A stretch of DNA of 58,554 nucleotides from Actinomycetota bacterium (GTDB taxonomy: Bacteria; Actinomycetota; Actinomycetes; S36-B12; UBA5976): the NCBI GenBank assembly GCA_041192345.1, contig JBEEND010000005.1, positions 1-58,554 of the forward strand, written 5' to 3'. The notes beneath the pieces are model-generated. The model did no database searches and was not told where the DNA came from. It saw only the letters and a list, made by a program, of their open reading frames with translations. Shown here one piece after another: positions 23,454-33,205 of this stretch (positions are counted from its first letter, which is position 1; every line of letters begins with the position of its first letter). Both the position numbers and the translations under genes were made by a program.

Positions 23454-24040
23454 TGGATAAGTTCACAGTTCATACCGGCACAGCTGCCCCGCTTCGGGCC
23501 AGCAACGTTGATACCGATCAGATCATTCCGGCCGAATACTTAAAGCGAATTACGCGCCATGGCTTTGAGGATGGGTTATTTAACTCATGGCGCAAAGATT
23601 CAAATTTTGTTTTGAACCGCCCGCAGTACCAAGGGGTAAGTGTTTTAGTTGCTGGACCAGATTTTGGAACTGGTTCAAGCCGCGAACATGCAGTTTGGGC
23701 GCTTATGGATTACGGATTCAAAGTAGTAATTTCTTCTAGGTTCGCAGACATCTTCCGCGGCAACTCTGGTAAGCAAGGACTACTAACGGCCGTAGTTGAG
23801 CAGAGTTCAGTAGAGCAACTATGGAAAATTATCGAAGAAGACCCAGCAACTCCAGTAACTGTTGACTTGGACGCCCAAGTAATCACTGCGGCTGGGTTTA
23901 CTGCGAAGTTTGAAGTAGATAGTTATGTGAGATGGCGCCTAATGGAGGGGCTAGATGACATTGGCTTGACCCTTAAGCACGTAGATGAGATCACTGCCTT
24001 TGAGGCCAAACGCCCAGGATTTAAGCCAACCACGGTCTAA
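23453..24040 (+). CDS. leuD: 3-isopropylmalate dehydratase small subunit
   Basis: [32 protein letters not shown]; TAATG overlap. Confidence 0.98.
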   Translation: MDKFTVHTGTAAPLRASNVDTDQIIPAEYLKRITRHGFEDGLFNSWRKDSNFVLNRPQYQGVSVLVAGPDFGTGSSREHAVWALMDYGFKVVISSRFADIFRGNSGKQGLLTAVVEQSSVEQLWKIIEEDPATPVTVDLDAQVITAAGFTAKFEVDSYVRWRLMEGLDDIGLTLKHVDEITAFEAKRPGFKPTTV

Positions 24041-24054
24041 AACTGGCAAAATCA

Positions 24055-24086
24055 GCAAAATATCCCAAGAAATTGGGATTTTTTGC
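24055..24086 (+). terminator. Intrinsic terminator after leuD
   Basis: ATCCCAA-GAAA-TTGGGAT stem followed by a T-run, with flanking GCAAAA/TTTTGC. Confidence 0.7.
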
Positions 24087-24258
24087 GTTTCTTGGGCGTG
24101 TCAGGTGAAAAACCCTTGTTTTTGAGCCGTAAAGTCACAAGTGAGCCAGGCGGGGAAGTCTGGAGCAACTCAAAGGTTCGTTAATTCGCAAGGGTTAATG
24201 AGAAACAAAGATAGCCGGCATTCATCATTGGAAGTCGGGAAACTATGGAGGATCCAAA

Positions 24259-24537
24259 GTGAACAAGGCAGAACTAATTGATGGTGTAGCTGAAGCAGCA
24301 GGCTTAAGCAAAAAAGATGCAACAGCAGCTGTAGATGCAGTATTTGATAGCATTTCCCGCGCTGTAGCCAAGGGTGACAAAGTTTCCCTAACTGGCTTTG
24401 GTATCTTCGAGAAGTCAGACCGCGCAGCACGTGTTGGTCGCAATCCACAGACTGGCGCGCCAGTTCAGATTGCAGCAACATCTGTACCTAAATTCCGCGC
24501 AGGTGCTGAATTCAAGAAAAAAGTTTCAGGCAAGTAA
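24259..24537 (+). CDS. hup: HU family nucleoid protein (92 aa, no Lys/Ala tail)
   Basis: [32 protein letters not shown]; SD GGAGG. Confidence 0.96.
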   Translation: MNKAELIDGVAEAAGLSKKDATAAVDAVFDSISRAVAKGDKVSLTGFGIFEKSDRAARVGRNPQTGAPVQIAATSVPKFRAGAEFKKKVSGK

Positions 24538-24554
24538 GCCTTAAAACATTTAGC

Positions 24555-24596
24555 GAATCGGACTCGTTGGGAAACCAACGAGTCCGATTCATTTTT
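24555..24596 (+). terminator. Strong terminator after hup
   Basis: Perfect 16-bp stem GAATCGGACTCGTTGG-GAAA-CCAACGAGTCCGATTC then ATTTTT. Confidence 0.9.
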
Positions 24597-24615
24597 GTGT
24601 CAGGATAATGAAGTT

Positions 24616-25356
24616 ATGAGTAAATTCCCCGCGCAGTCACCCCGCGGCTTTTGGTATCGATTCATCTCCGCAGTCTTGCGCCCGCTTCTGCTGGCAGCCA
24701 CTGCGCGAGATTGGCGTGGTGGGCAATACCTGCGAATTGATCGCGGAATTGTGGTGGCCATGAATCACTTGTCTTGGTATGACCCGTTAGTTGCCGCACA
24801 TTTTGTCAACGACAATGGCCGCCCAGTTCGTTTTTTGGCAAAAGCAGAAATTTTTAAGGTTCCAGTACTTGGCGCAATTTTAAAAAGCGCTGGACAGATT
24901 CCAGTTCAACGCGGCAACTCTGATGCGGCAGCCGGATCGCTACGAGCAGCTTTCTCGGCGATTGAAGATAAGCAATGTGTTGTGATTTACCCCGAGGGAA
25001 CTTTAACGCGCGATCCAAAGCTTTGGCCTATGACTGCAAAGACTGGTGCTGCCCGAATTGCGCTCATGACTGGAGCACCGGTAATACCTGCAGCGCAATG
25101 GGGACCACAAGATGTGCTTGCTCCGTACAGTAAGCGCCTGCGTTTATTTCCACGCAAAACTATGCACGTCTGGGCAGGGCCAGAAGTGGACTTAGATGAC
25201 CTTCGCGCATTGCCAGTAAGCGCGGCAACGCTACGGGAAGCGACTGAAAGAATTATGCGAGACATTACGAAGATATTGGCAACCCAACGTGATGAAGTGC
25301 CGCCCGCAGTCCCACTAGATCGCCGGATTGCACTTCAAAAGAAAGCAGACTCATAA
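24616..25356 (+). CDS. plsC: 1-acyl-sn-glycerol-3-phosphate acyltransferase
   Basis: NHLSWYD (HX4D), FLAK, IPVQR, YPEGT. Confidence 0.9.
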   Translation: MSKFPAQSPRGFWYRFISAVLRPLLLAATARDWRGGQYLRIDRGIVVAMNHLSWYDPLVAAHFVNDNGRPVRFLAKAEIFKVPVLGAILKSAGQIPVQRGNSDAAAGSLRAAFSAIEDKQCVVIYPEGTLTRDPKLWPMTAKTGAARIALMTGAPVIPAAQWGPQDVLAPYSKRLRLFPRKTMHVWAGPEVDLDDLRALPVSAATLREATERIMRDITKILATQRDEVPPAVPLDRRIALQKKADS

Positions 25357-26375
25357 TGCGCGTAGCCGTAATGGGAGCTGGTTCTTGGGGCTCGGTATTT
25401 TCCATGATTCTTTCGGATGCAAATTGTGATGTCACGCTTTGGGCGCGCAGTAGTGAAGTTGCTGATGACATCAACAGCACCCACATCAATCACGCATACC
25501 AACCTGACTTAATCCTGCCGACAAATGTCGTGTCAACAACCAATCCTGATCAAGCACTTGCGGGCGCTGACTTAGTTGTATTGGCAATGCCAGCTCAGAC
25601 GCTTCGAAGTAATTTGTCGTCATGGAATGCTTCGATTCCGAGTCAGGCCGTTATGGTCTCCCTTATTAAAGGTGTCGAACTTGGCACTGCAGAACGCATG
25701 ACTGAAGTTATTGCCGAAGTTGCAAAAGTCTCACCTGACCAAGTTGCTGTGGTGTCCGGCCCTAACTTGGCACATGAAATTGCGGCAAAAGAGCCAGCGG
25801 CCACAACTGTGGCGTGCGCTAATGAAGTATTTGCCAAACGCATTCAAGATGCCTGCACGACAGATTATTTCCGGCCGTATTACACAACAGATGTGGTTGG
25901 GGTAGAAATCGCTGGGGCAGTTAAGAATGTAATTGCGCTGGCAAACGGAATGGCAGTGGGCCTTGGTTACGGGGAAAACTCGCAGTCAGCTCTGATGACG
26001 CGCGGCCTGGCCGAAATGTCCAGGCTGGGTGTGGCACTGGGCGCGAATCCACTAACTTTCGCTGGCCTTGCCGGGGTCGGCGACTTAATTGCTACTTGCC
26101 AGTCGCCACTTTCGCGAAATCGCACCATCGGGGTTTATCTAGGCGAAGGCAAAACAATTGCCCAAGCCCAAGCGCTAACTAAAACTACTTCCGAAGGCGT
26201 GCAAAGCTGTCAATCAATTTTGGACTTAGCAACCAGGCATGGTGTGGAAATGCCAATTACTGAGCAAGTTGTAAATGTGATTCACCATGGCACGAGTGCG
26301 GAAAAAGTATTAAAGGCCTTTATGTCTCGGCCGACAACTGCCGAAGAAGGTCAAGAACAAATGGAGCACATGTAA
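25356..26375 (+). CDS. gpsA: NAD(P)H-dependent glycerol-3-phosphate dehydrogenase
   Basis: GAGSWG, SGPNLA, GAVKNVIA, GVGDLIATC, SRNR. Confidence 0.96.
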   Translation: MRVAVMGAGSWGSVFSMILSDANCDVTLWARSSEVADDINSTHINHAYQPDLILPTNVVSTTNPDQALAGADLVVLAMPAQTLRSNLSSWNASIPSQAVMVSLIKGVELGTAERMTEVIAEVAKVSPDQVAVVSGPNLAHEIAAKEPAATTVACANEVFAKRIQDACTTDYFRPYYTTDVVGVEIAGAVKNVIALANGMAVGLGYGENSQSALMTRGLAEMSRLGVALGANPLTFAGLAGVGDLIATCQSPLSRNRTIGVYLGEGKTIAQAQALTKTTSEGVQSCQSILDLATRHGVEMPITEQVVNVIHHGTSAEKVLKAFMSRPTTAEEGQEQMEHM

Positions 26376-26378
26376 TTG

Positions 26379-27581
26379 CTAGTAACCCATTTTGGGTTGG
26401 GTTTGATTTTCAATTTCTCCAGTTGAATTAAGTGCTTGATCTAGATCCGCCCAAATGTCGTTTACATTTTCGATGCCTACTGAAACTCGAATTAAATTCT
26501 CTGGTACTGCGGAATTTTCTTTTGGCCACCGTCGCCTACGTTCCATCAGAGTTTCAACGCCACCAAGTGAAGTTGCGTAAGTAACTAAATTCACGGACTG
26601 ACAAACTCGTTCGGCGTCTTGGGCATCGCCATCGACTTCAAAAGCCAACATGAATCCTGGGCCATCAGTTTGTCGCTTTGCTATGTCTGCATTCTTGTGC
26701 CCACCAAGACCTGGGTAATGCACTGCGCGCACTTTGCTGTGACCTGCTAATTTCTCTGCAATGAATTGCGCATTTGATTCAGCACGATCAATTCGAACTG
26801 CAAGGGTTCGAATTCCGCGCAGCGCTAAGTAAGAATCAAATGCACTAGGAACAGCTCCCAATAAAACACGACGGCCAATAATTTTTTGGGACAGTTCCGC
26901 ATCGGCAGTAACAAGTGCGCCCATAAGTAGGTCCGAGTGTCCGGCCAAGCCTTTTGTTGCGCTGTGCATAACTAAATGCGCACCAAGTTCAAGTGGGCGC
27001 TGGCGTAGTGGTGTCATAAAAGTGTTGTCGACAGCTAAGTAAGCGCCGTAGTGACGAGCCACAGTTGCGGTTGCTTCAATGTCACAAATTTCCATCATCG
27101 GATTTGTTGGAGTTTCAATCCAGACCCACGAAGCTGGATTGCCATCACCTGCAATCGCCGCTTTGACTGCTGCGTCATCGGTAACATCAACTAATCGCAA
27201 TTCAATGCGACCAAGGTCATGAAGTTCCTGCAGGCGAACTGCTACTCCGGTGTAGGAGTACTGACTTGCGACAACTGGTTTTCCATTTGGAAATAAATCG
27301 AAAATAGCATTTGCTGCGGCCATGCCACTGGAAAACGTGGTGCACCTGCCACCTTCAAGTGCGCCAATTGCTACTTCAAGTGATTCCAACGTGGCATTCC
27401 AATCACGCATGTAGCCATAAGGGCCACCGGCGTGCAATGTGCTGGACAGAACTATCGGGGGATTCACGGGACCATCTGGTGTAACCGGTGGTCTGCCAGC
27501 TTGCACCACAGCAGTTTCCAGATTTGTGAAACTGGCATGGGTAGGTAACTTAGGCTGATCTGAATTATGCGGCGCGCTCAT
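26379..27581 (-). CDS. metB: Cystathionine gamma-synthase/lyase family PLP enzyme
   Basis: FSSGMAA, WIETPTNP, VDNTF, HSATKGLAGHSD, TSLGGVE, RVSVGIE; TAGTGT 7 nt before ATG 27581; exact reaction not resolvable. Confidence 0.8.
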   Translation of the reverse strand: MSAPHNSDQPKLPTHASFTNLETAVVQAGRPPVTPDGPVNPPIVLSSTLHAGGPYGYMRDWNATLESLEVAIGALEGGRCTTFSSGMAAANAIFDLFPNGKPVVASQYSYTGVAVRLQELHDLGRIELRLVDVTDDAAVKAAIAGDGNPASWVWIETPTNPMMEICDIEATATVARHYGAYLAVDNTFMTPLRQRPLELGAHLVMHSATKGLAGHSDLLMGALVTADAELSQKIIGRRVLLGAVPSAFDSYLALRGIRTLAVRIDRAESNAQFIAEKLAGHSKVRAVHYPGLGGHKNADIAKRQTDGPGFMLAFEVDGDAQDAERVCQSVNLVTYATSLGGVETLMERRRRWPKENSAVPENLIRVSVGIENVNDIWADLDQALNSTGEIENQTQPKMGY

Positions 27582-27634
27582 AGGGAAAACACTAGTGCCC
27601 AAGGATTTCCCAGGGATTCGGTAGCGTTGTTCAG

Positions 27635-28729
27635 GTGAGTAAAAAAATCCGAGTCGCTGTTATCTTTGGTGGGCGCAGCAGCGAACACTCAATTTCCTGC
27701 ATTTCTGCGGGAAGCGTGCTGCGCGCCTTGGATCGCTCTAAATATGAAGTAGTTCCGATCGGCATTACTAAGTCTGGCAACTGGGTGCTCGAGCAAGATG
27801 ATGCCCAGCGGCTAACCGTCAAAGATGGTGTGTTCCCGCAGGTTGATGACAAAAATCCGACGCTGCTTTTCACACCCAATCCCGATGCAACGACTATCAA
27901 ATTGCAGCGAGACACCAATGAAGCTATTGCCCAAGTTGATGTGGCCTTCCCAGTACTTCACGGACCATGGGGTGAGGACGGCACCATTCAAGGTCTACTA
28001 GAACTTGCTGGTATTCCTTACGTTGGTTCCGGAGTGTTTGCCAGCGCCGCTGCAATGGACAAAGCGCACCTCAAGGCCATGATGCAATCGGCTGGAATTG
28101 CTGTTGGGCCATATGAAGTTGTGACAAATGCGCAGTGGACTTCCCAGCGCGAGGCTAGCTTGATGCGCATTAAATTGCTGGGGCTCCCTGTGTTTGTGAA
28201 GCCAAGTCGAGCTGGATCAAGTGTTGGAATTTCTAAAGTGAAATCCGAAGCTGAACTTGTTGCAGCAATTGAGTTTGCTCGCCAGCACGATCCAAAAATA
28301 ATTGTTGAAGCAAGTATTGAAAATGCCCGTGAAATTGAATGTGGTGTTTTAGATAGTCCAACTGGCCCAATGGCGAGCGTATGCGCCGAAATCATTGTGC
28401 GTGATGGCCATGAGTTTTATGACTTCGAAGCAAAGTACGTTGATGACTCAGTTGAGTTATCAGTTCCAGCAAAACTTGATCCAGCGTTACACGAAAAAAT
28501 TCGCGCTCTAGCAATCGAGGCTTTCCTTGCAATGGCCGGTGAGGGTCTGGCTCGGGTAGATATGTTTGTCTCTGGCACAGATGTAGTTATCAACGAAATA
28601 AATACCATGCCAGGATTTACCCCGATTTCGATGTATCCGCGGATGTGGGCGGAAACAGGTTTGGATTACCCAGCATTAGTTGATGCGTTAGTACAAGACG
28701 CACTTCGCCGTGGCGTCGGCCTGCGCTAA
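27635..28729 (+). CDS. ddl: D-alanine--D-alanine ligase
   Basis: FGGRSSEHSIS, LHGPWGEDG, KPSRAGSSVG, FYDFEAKY, NEINTMPG. Confidence 0.97.
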   Translation: MSKKIRVAVIFGGRSSEHSISCISAGSVLRALDRSKYEVVPIGITKSGNWVLEQDDAQRLTVKDGVFPQVDDKNPTLLFTPNPDATTIKLQRDTNEAIAQVDVAFPVLHGPWGEDGTIQGLLELAGIPYVGSGVFASAAAMDKAHLKAMMQSAGIAVGPYEVVTNAQWTSQREASLMRIKLLGLPVFVKPSRAGSSVGISKVKSEAELVAAIEFARQHDPKIIVEASIENAREIECGVLDSPTGPMASVCAEIIVRDGHEFYDFEAKYVDDSVELSVPAKLDPALHEKIRALAIEAFLAMAGEGLARVDMFVSGTDVVINEINTMPGFTPISMYPRMWAETGLDYPALVDALVQDALRRGVGLR

Positions 28730-28746
28730 TCGCTAACGTGTAACAC

Positions 28747-29700
28747 ATGAGCGAACAGAGTGTCGGAGAACTAGGCGAATTTGCGCTGATTGATGCCATT
28801 GCAGCTCGACTGGCCAAGTCATCAGCAGAGACTGTCTCAGTTGGCATTGGCGATGACTCTGCCGTTGTTTCAGCCAAAGGCGGCAATGTAGTTGCCTGCT
28901 TAGACATGCTTACGCAAGGTGTGCACTTTCGCCTTGATTGGTCGGAAGCAAAAGACATCGGCCGAAAAGCTGCAGCCCAAAATCTAGCGGACATTTTTGC
29001 AATGGGCGCCAGGCCCACTGCCTTACTAGTTGGACTTGCGCTACCACCAGAAACCCCGGTTGCTTGGGTTATGGGATTAGCCGATGGCTTAAGCGCCGAA
29101 GCAGCCGAAGTTGGTGTCACGGTAGTTGGCGGCGACATAGTTCGCAGCAGTTCAATCGTCATTAGCGTTACTGCGTTAGGTGAACTTGGAACTGCCAAAG
29201 CAATTTTACGAAGTGGCGCTAAACCAGGAAACGTTCTAGCCATTGCGGGGCGCCTTGGATTTGCCCAAGCAGGTTTACTCATGCTTTCGCGTGGCTTCCG
29301 GTCCCCACGAGTTTTAGTTGGTGCTCACCGAGTTCCCGAGCCACCATATGAGTTAGCAAAGTTGGCCACGCATGCCACAGCAATGATTGACATCAGTGAT
29401 GGCTTAGTTTCAGATTTAGAACACATTGCGCAAGCTTCTAAAGTCAAAATAAATATCGAATCTAATAAATTTCAAATTCCTGAAGCATTAGCCGCTGCTG
29501 CATCTGCATTTAATGGCGATGCTATGGAATGGATACTGTCCGGCGGAGAAGACCATGCCTTTGCTGCTACATTTAAGACTGCGCTGGATGTGCCAAGCGG
29601 CTGGACCATCATTGGTTCAGTTGACTCCGGTGAGCCTTTTGTAACAGTTGATGGTGAGAGCTATTCCGGTAAAGGCTGGGATCACTTCTCAACCAACTAA
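28747..29700 (+). CDS. thiL: Thiamine-monophosphate kinase
   Basis: GEFALI, GIGDDSA, NLADIFAMG, GGD, DISDGL, GGED. Confidence 0.95.
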   Translation: MSEQSVGELGEFALIDAIAARLAKSSAETVSVGIGDDSAVVSAKGGNVVACLDMLTQGVHFRLDWSEAKDIGRKAAAQNLADIFAMGARPTALLVGLALPPETPVAWVMGLADGLSAEAAEVGVTVVGGDIVRSSSIVISVTALGELGTAKAILRSGAKPGNVLAIAGRLGFAQAGLLMLSRGFRSPRVLVGAHRVPEPPYELAKLATHATAMIDISDGLVSDLEHIAQASKVKINIESNKFQIPEALAAAASAFNGDAMEWILSGGEDHAFAATFKTALDVPSGWTIIGSVDSGEPFVTVDGESYSGKGWDHFSTN

Positions 29701-29730
29701 AAATCCCCCCAGGTGAAAGCTGAGGGGATT
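29698..29730 (-). terminator. Terminator between convergent thiL and rpmB
   Basis: AATCCCC..CAG-loop-CTG..GGGGATT hairpin with T-run on the minus strand. Confidence 0.7.
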
Positions 29731-29748
29731 GTAAAATTTAGATTGCTA

Positions 29749-29937
29749 TCAGACGCGGGAGACTTTTCCAGCCTTGATGCAAGAGGTGCAAACATTTAGA
29801 CGCTTTGGCGAGTTGTTAACAACTGCGTGCACGGTCTGGATGTTTGGGTTGAAACGACGCTTGGTACGACGGTGGGAGTGGGAAATGGCATGGCCAAAGC
29901 CTGGGCCCTTGCTACAGACGTCACATACAGCAGCCAC
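29749..29937 (-). CDS. rpmB: 50S ribosomal protein bL28 (Zn-ribbon form)
   Basis: CDVC..GHAISHSHRRTKRRFNPNIQ..CTSC; SD AAGGAG. Confidence 0.97.
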   Translation of the reverse strand: MAAVCDVCSKGPGFGHAISHSHRRTKRRFNPNIQTVHAVVNNSPKRLNVCTSCIKAGKVSRV

Positions 29938-30126
29938 GATGACTCCTTGAAAGATTGATGGGTTTCACTTGGTTAAGCCTTGCCAGACTACCTGCGAACG
30001 CTCAGAAATTCCAATCCAGAACAGTACCTAGGTGGTTTCTGGTCTATGGGCTGGCTCATTTGGATATGTCTTTGACTTGGCCAGAACTTCAGGGACCTGG
30101 TCAGTTAGCACAGGTAATCTATGGGT

Positions 30127-31017
30127 GTGGCAAAAACGCGAACTTATGAGCAAGGCGCCACGCAGTTCTTGGAAACTACGCACTTTCTAGAAGCGCTTGC
30201 CAATTTCGCCAATTTACTTGAAAAACATGAACAAGTAATCAATGATCTAAACGTTTATCCAGTTCCAGATTCTGACACGGGGACTAATTCTTTGCTCACC
30301 ATCAGAGCTGGACTTGCTGGGCAATTAACTCCAGAAATTGGGTTAGGTGATGCTGCCGGGCAAGTTGGCGCATTGGCAAGCGCCGGCGCGATGGGAAATT
30401 CCGGGGTGATCTTGGCGCAGTATCTAGTTGGGTTAGCAAGTGAGTTACCAGATAAAGCTACGCAGCAAGATTGGGCAACCGCACTTAAAGTCGCATCCCA
30501 GGTAGCGCGCGCTGCGGTGCTCTCGCCAGAAGAAGGAACCATGCTGACAGTTGCGCAGGCCGCACTAGTTGCGCTGCCAAGTGAAAACTTTGAAAGTTAT
30601 TTTCGCCAGATTCAACGCGAGGTAAGGGCGTCATTAGTTAGCACACAAGAAATGCTGCCAGCTTTGAAGCTCGCTGAAGTTGTTGATGCTGGCGGAGTTG
30701 TAATCACACTTTTGCACGATAGTTTTGCGCAAGCCATTGGCGTGGTAACTGATCCGTTAGAAATTTTGCCTCGAACTGGCGTAGTTGAAAAGTATGACGG
30801 CGCCAAGTTCGAAGTCATGTTTTCCGTGAGTTGCAATTCGGAAACTAAAGTATCGCTGGAAAAAATATTGCTGACTTTAGGCGATTCAATTGCGCTAGCT
30901 GGGGCAGAGCCAAATTTCACAGTTCATGTTCACAGCAATGACCCGTCGGCAGTTATCGAAGCATGTGAACGCTTGGTTGAATTAAGCGACATTCGCGTAA
31001 TTGAATTCGGAAGTTAG
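30127..31017 (+). CDS. DAK2-domain (FakA/YloV-like) protein, C-terminally shortened
   Basis: INDLNVYPVPDSDTGTN, GAMGNSG, EGTMLTV, VVDAGG, VHVH; rpmB-recG position; TAATCT 6 nt before GTG 30127 (ATG 30121 alternative). Confidence 0.85.
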   Translation: MAKTRTYEQGATQFLETTHFLEALANFANLLEKHEQVINDLNVYPVPDSDTGTNSLLTIRAGLAGQLTPEIGLGDAAGQVGALASAGAMGNSGVILAQYLVGLASELPDKATQQDWATALKVASQVARAAVLSPEEGTMLTVAQAALVALPSENFESYFRQIQREVRASLVSTQEMLPALKLAEVVDAGGVVITLLHDSFAQAIGVVTDPLEILPRTGVVEKYDGAKFEVMFSVSCNSETKVSLEKILLTLGDSIALAGAEPNFTVHVHSNDPSAVIEACERLVELSDIRVIEFGS

Positions 31018-31039
31018 ATATTCCGATGCGGACGATGTT

Positions 31040-33205
31040 ATGACTGACTTAAGTACACCCATTGCAACCGTGGTTGGTGCTAAGACTGGCGCGCTTCTAA
31101 AGTCAGAATTCGAGATTGAATCTGTTGAAGATCTGCTTCGTCATTATCCGCGCCGATACGAACAGCGCGGCGCCCTAACTGACTTAGGCAGCTTAGAAAT
31201 TGGCGATCATGTCACGGTGCAGGCTCAAGTAACGAGTTTCAAGAATTTAAAAAATGCCAAGGGTGGAACCAGACAAGAAGTGGTAATTAGTGACGGCACC
31301 GGATCGCTCACACTAATGTTCTTTAATCAACATTGGCGCGAAAAAGATTTAGCACCAGGGCGCCAAGGTTTATTCGCTGGCCAAGTTTCGGTTTTTAATA
31401 ATAAGCGTCAATTAACGCATCCCGAATATGAATTGCTTGCAGATTTCACTGAAGTTAACGCAGATGATTATGCCGAAGCCTTCTTGCCGGTATACCCAGC
31501 CACTAAAAAATTACAAACTTGGACGATTGAGCGAAGTGTTGATCTAGTTTTAGCTGGGCTTGGGGAAGTGGAAGATTCTCTGCCAGTTGAAATTCGAAAA
31601 TCTCAAAATCTGATGGATCTAACGATCGCCCTGCGTGAGATACATAAACCTTCCTCGTTGGAATCACTGGAAGCCAGTCGCCTGCGCTTGAAATGGGACG
31701 AGGCTTTAGCGCTGCAAGTTGTATTAGCTATCCAGCGCCATGAAGAGGATTCTTGGCCAGCGATTTCGCGAAGTGAAAAGCCAGATGGCTTGCTGGCAGC
31801 TTTTGATGCCCGGCTACCTTTCACTTTGACGCAAGGCCAGCAGGACGTGGCGAAAACTATTGCTGAAGAAATGACCGCTGGTCATCCAATGCACAGATTG
31901 CTACAAGGTGAAGTTGGTAGCGGTAAGACCGTGGTTGCGGTGCGCGCGATGCTCACAGTTGTTGATTCTGGTGGGCAAGCGGCCCTGCTTGCCCCGACTG
32001 AAGTTTTGGCCGCGCAGCACTTTCGCGCAATTACCAATTTGCTTGGCCCCTTGGCGCAGCGCGGTCGACTTGGCGCTCACGACGAAGGCACTGGCGTTAC
32101 CTTGCTCACCGGCTCCATGACTACCGCAGCGCGTCGCCAAGCACTTTTGGACATCACATCAGGCCAAGCTGGAATTGTGATTGGCACCCACGCTCTGCTG
32201 GAAGAACGTGTGGACTTTTTTGATCTGGGCTTAGTTGTAATTGACGAGCAACATCGCTTTGGGGTTGAGCAGCGGGCAACTTTAGTAGCCAAAGCCGGTA
32301 GCGACCGACGACCGCATGTATTAGTTATGACGGCAACCCCAATCCCGCGCACAGTTGCGATGACGGCGTTTGGCGCACTTGATATTTCAACGCTAAGTGA
32401 ATTGCCGGCTGGTCGTTCGCCGATAACAACGCACGTCATTTTGGCAACTGAACAACCGTCGCACTTAACTCGCGCTTGGGAACGGGTAGTAGAAGAAGTT
32501 GCTGCTGGGCATCAGGCTTATGTTGTTGTGCCACGAATTGCCAGCCAAGAAGATAAAGAATTGTTACCCGGGCAGCGCCAGGCAATTGCGCTGGAAGATT
32601 TAGCACCACAACTAATTTCTGGGCCGCTCGCTGGCGTTCGAGTAGATGTGATGCATGGGCAAATGTCAGGGGCTGACAAAGACGATGTGATGCAACGCTT
32701 TGCTAATGGGCCTAGTCACGGCGATGGTATTGATGTTTTGATTTCAACCACCGTTATTGAAGTCGGCGTTGATGTCGCAAACGCCACGATGATGGTGATT
32801 ATGGACGCCGATCGTTTCGGCATAAGTGCGTTGCATCAATTGCGCGGTCGCGTGGGTCGGGGAAGCGCGCCAGGTTTGTGTCTGTTGGTGACTGAGGCGC
32901 CGCCGTTTTCACCAGCACGGGAACGCCTGACTGCTGTGGCATCCACAAATGATGGCTTTGAATTAGCTGCCCTTGATCTAGAGCAACGCCGCGAAGGTGA
33001 TGTCCTAGGTCGTAACCAATCTGGAATGCGCTCAAGTTTGAAACTAGTTAGCATCCTGCGTGATGAGGAAATTTTGGAGCAAGCCAGAATTGCCGCTGTG
33101 GCAATTGTTTCTAGTGACCCCGAACTAGTTACCCAGCCCGCGCTTGCTCGCGCAGTGCAGTCACTAATTGACCAAGCGCGCGCCGAGTTTGTGAAAAAAT
33201 CATGA
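31040..33205 (+). CDS. recG: ATP-dependent DNA helicase RecG
   Basis: HYPRRYE, LLQGEVGSGKT, DEQHRFG, MTATPIPR, QLRGRVGR. Confidence 0.97.
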   Translation: MTDLSTPIATVVGAKTGALLKSEFEIESVEDLLRHYPRRYEQRGALTDLGSLEIGDHVTVQAQVTSFKNLKNAKGGTRQEVVISDGTGSLTLMFFNQHWREKDLAPGRQGLFAGQVSVFNNKRQLTHPEYELLADFTEVNADDYAEAFLPVYPATKKLQTWTIERSVDLVLAGLGEVEDSLPVEIRKSQNLMDLTIALREIHKPSSLESLEASRLRLKWDEALALQVVLAIQRHEEDSWPAISRSEKPDGLLAAFDARLPFTLTQGQQDVAKTIAEEMTAGHPMHRLLQGEVGSGKTVVAVRAMLTVVDSGGQAALLAPTEVLAAQHFRAITNLLGPLAQRGRLGAHDEGTGVTLLTGSMTTAARRQALLDITSGQAGIVIGTHALLEERVDFFDLGLVVIDEQHRFGVEQRATLVAKAGSDRRPHVLVMTATPIPRTVAMTAFGALDISTLSELPAGRSPITTHVILATEQPSHLTRAWERVVEEVAAGHQAYVVVPRIASQEDKELLPGQRQAIALEDLAPQLISGPLAGVRVDVMHGQMSGADKDDVMQRFANGPSHGDGIDVLISTTVIEVGVDVANATMMVIMDADRFGISALHQLRGRVGRGSAPGLCLLVTEAPPFSPARERLTAVASTNDGFELAALDLEQRREGDVLGRNQSGMRSSLKLVSILRDEEILEQARIAAVAIVSSDPELVTQPALARAVQSLIDQARAEFVKKS

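Noticed and set aside
28617-29282. 221-aa antisense ORF, and similar long shadow ORFs (33129-33620, 42519-43031, 44437-44895, 55529-56065)
   Set aside because: They lie antisense to conserved genes, are Ser/Ala/Arg-rich with no motifs, and are expected shadows of codon bias
29955-30149. 64-aa ORF between rpmB and the DAK2 gene
   Set aside because: Occupies the divergent promoter region, overlaps the next gene and has no recognisable motif
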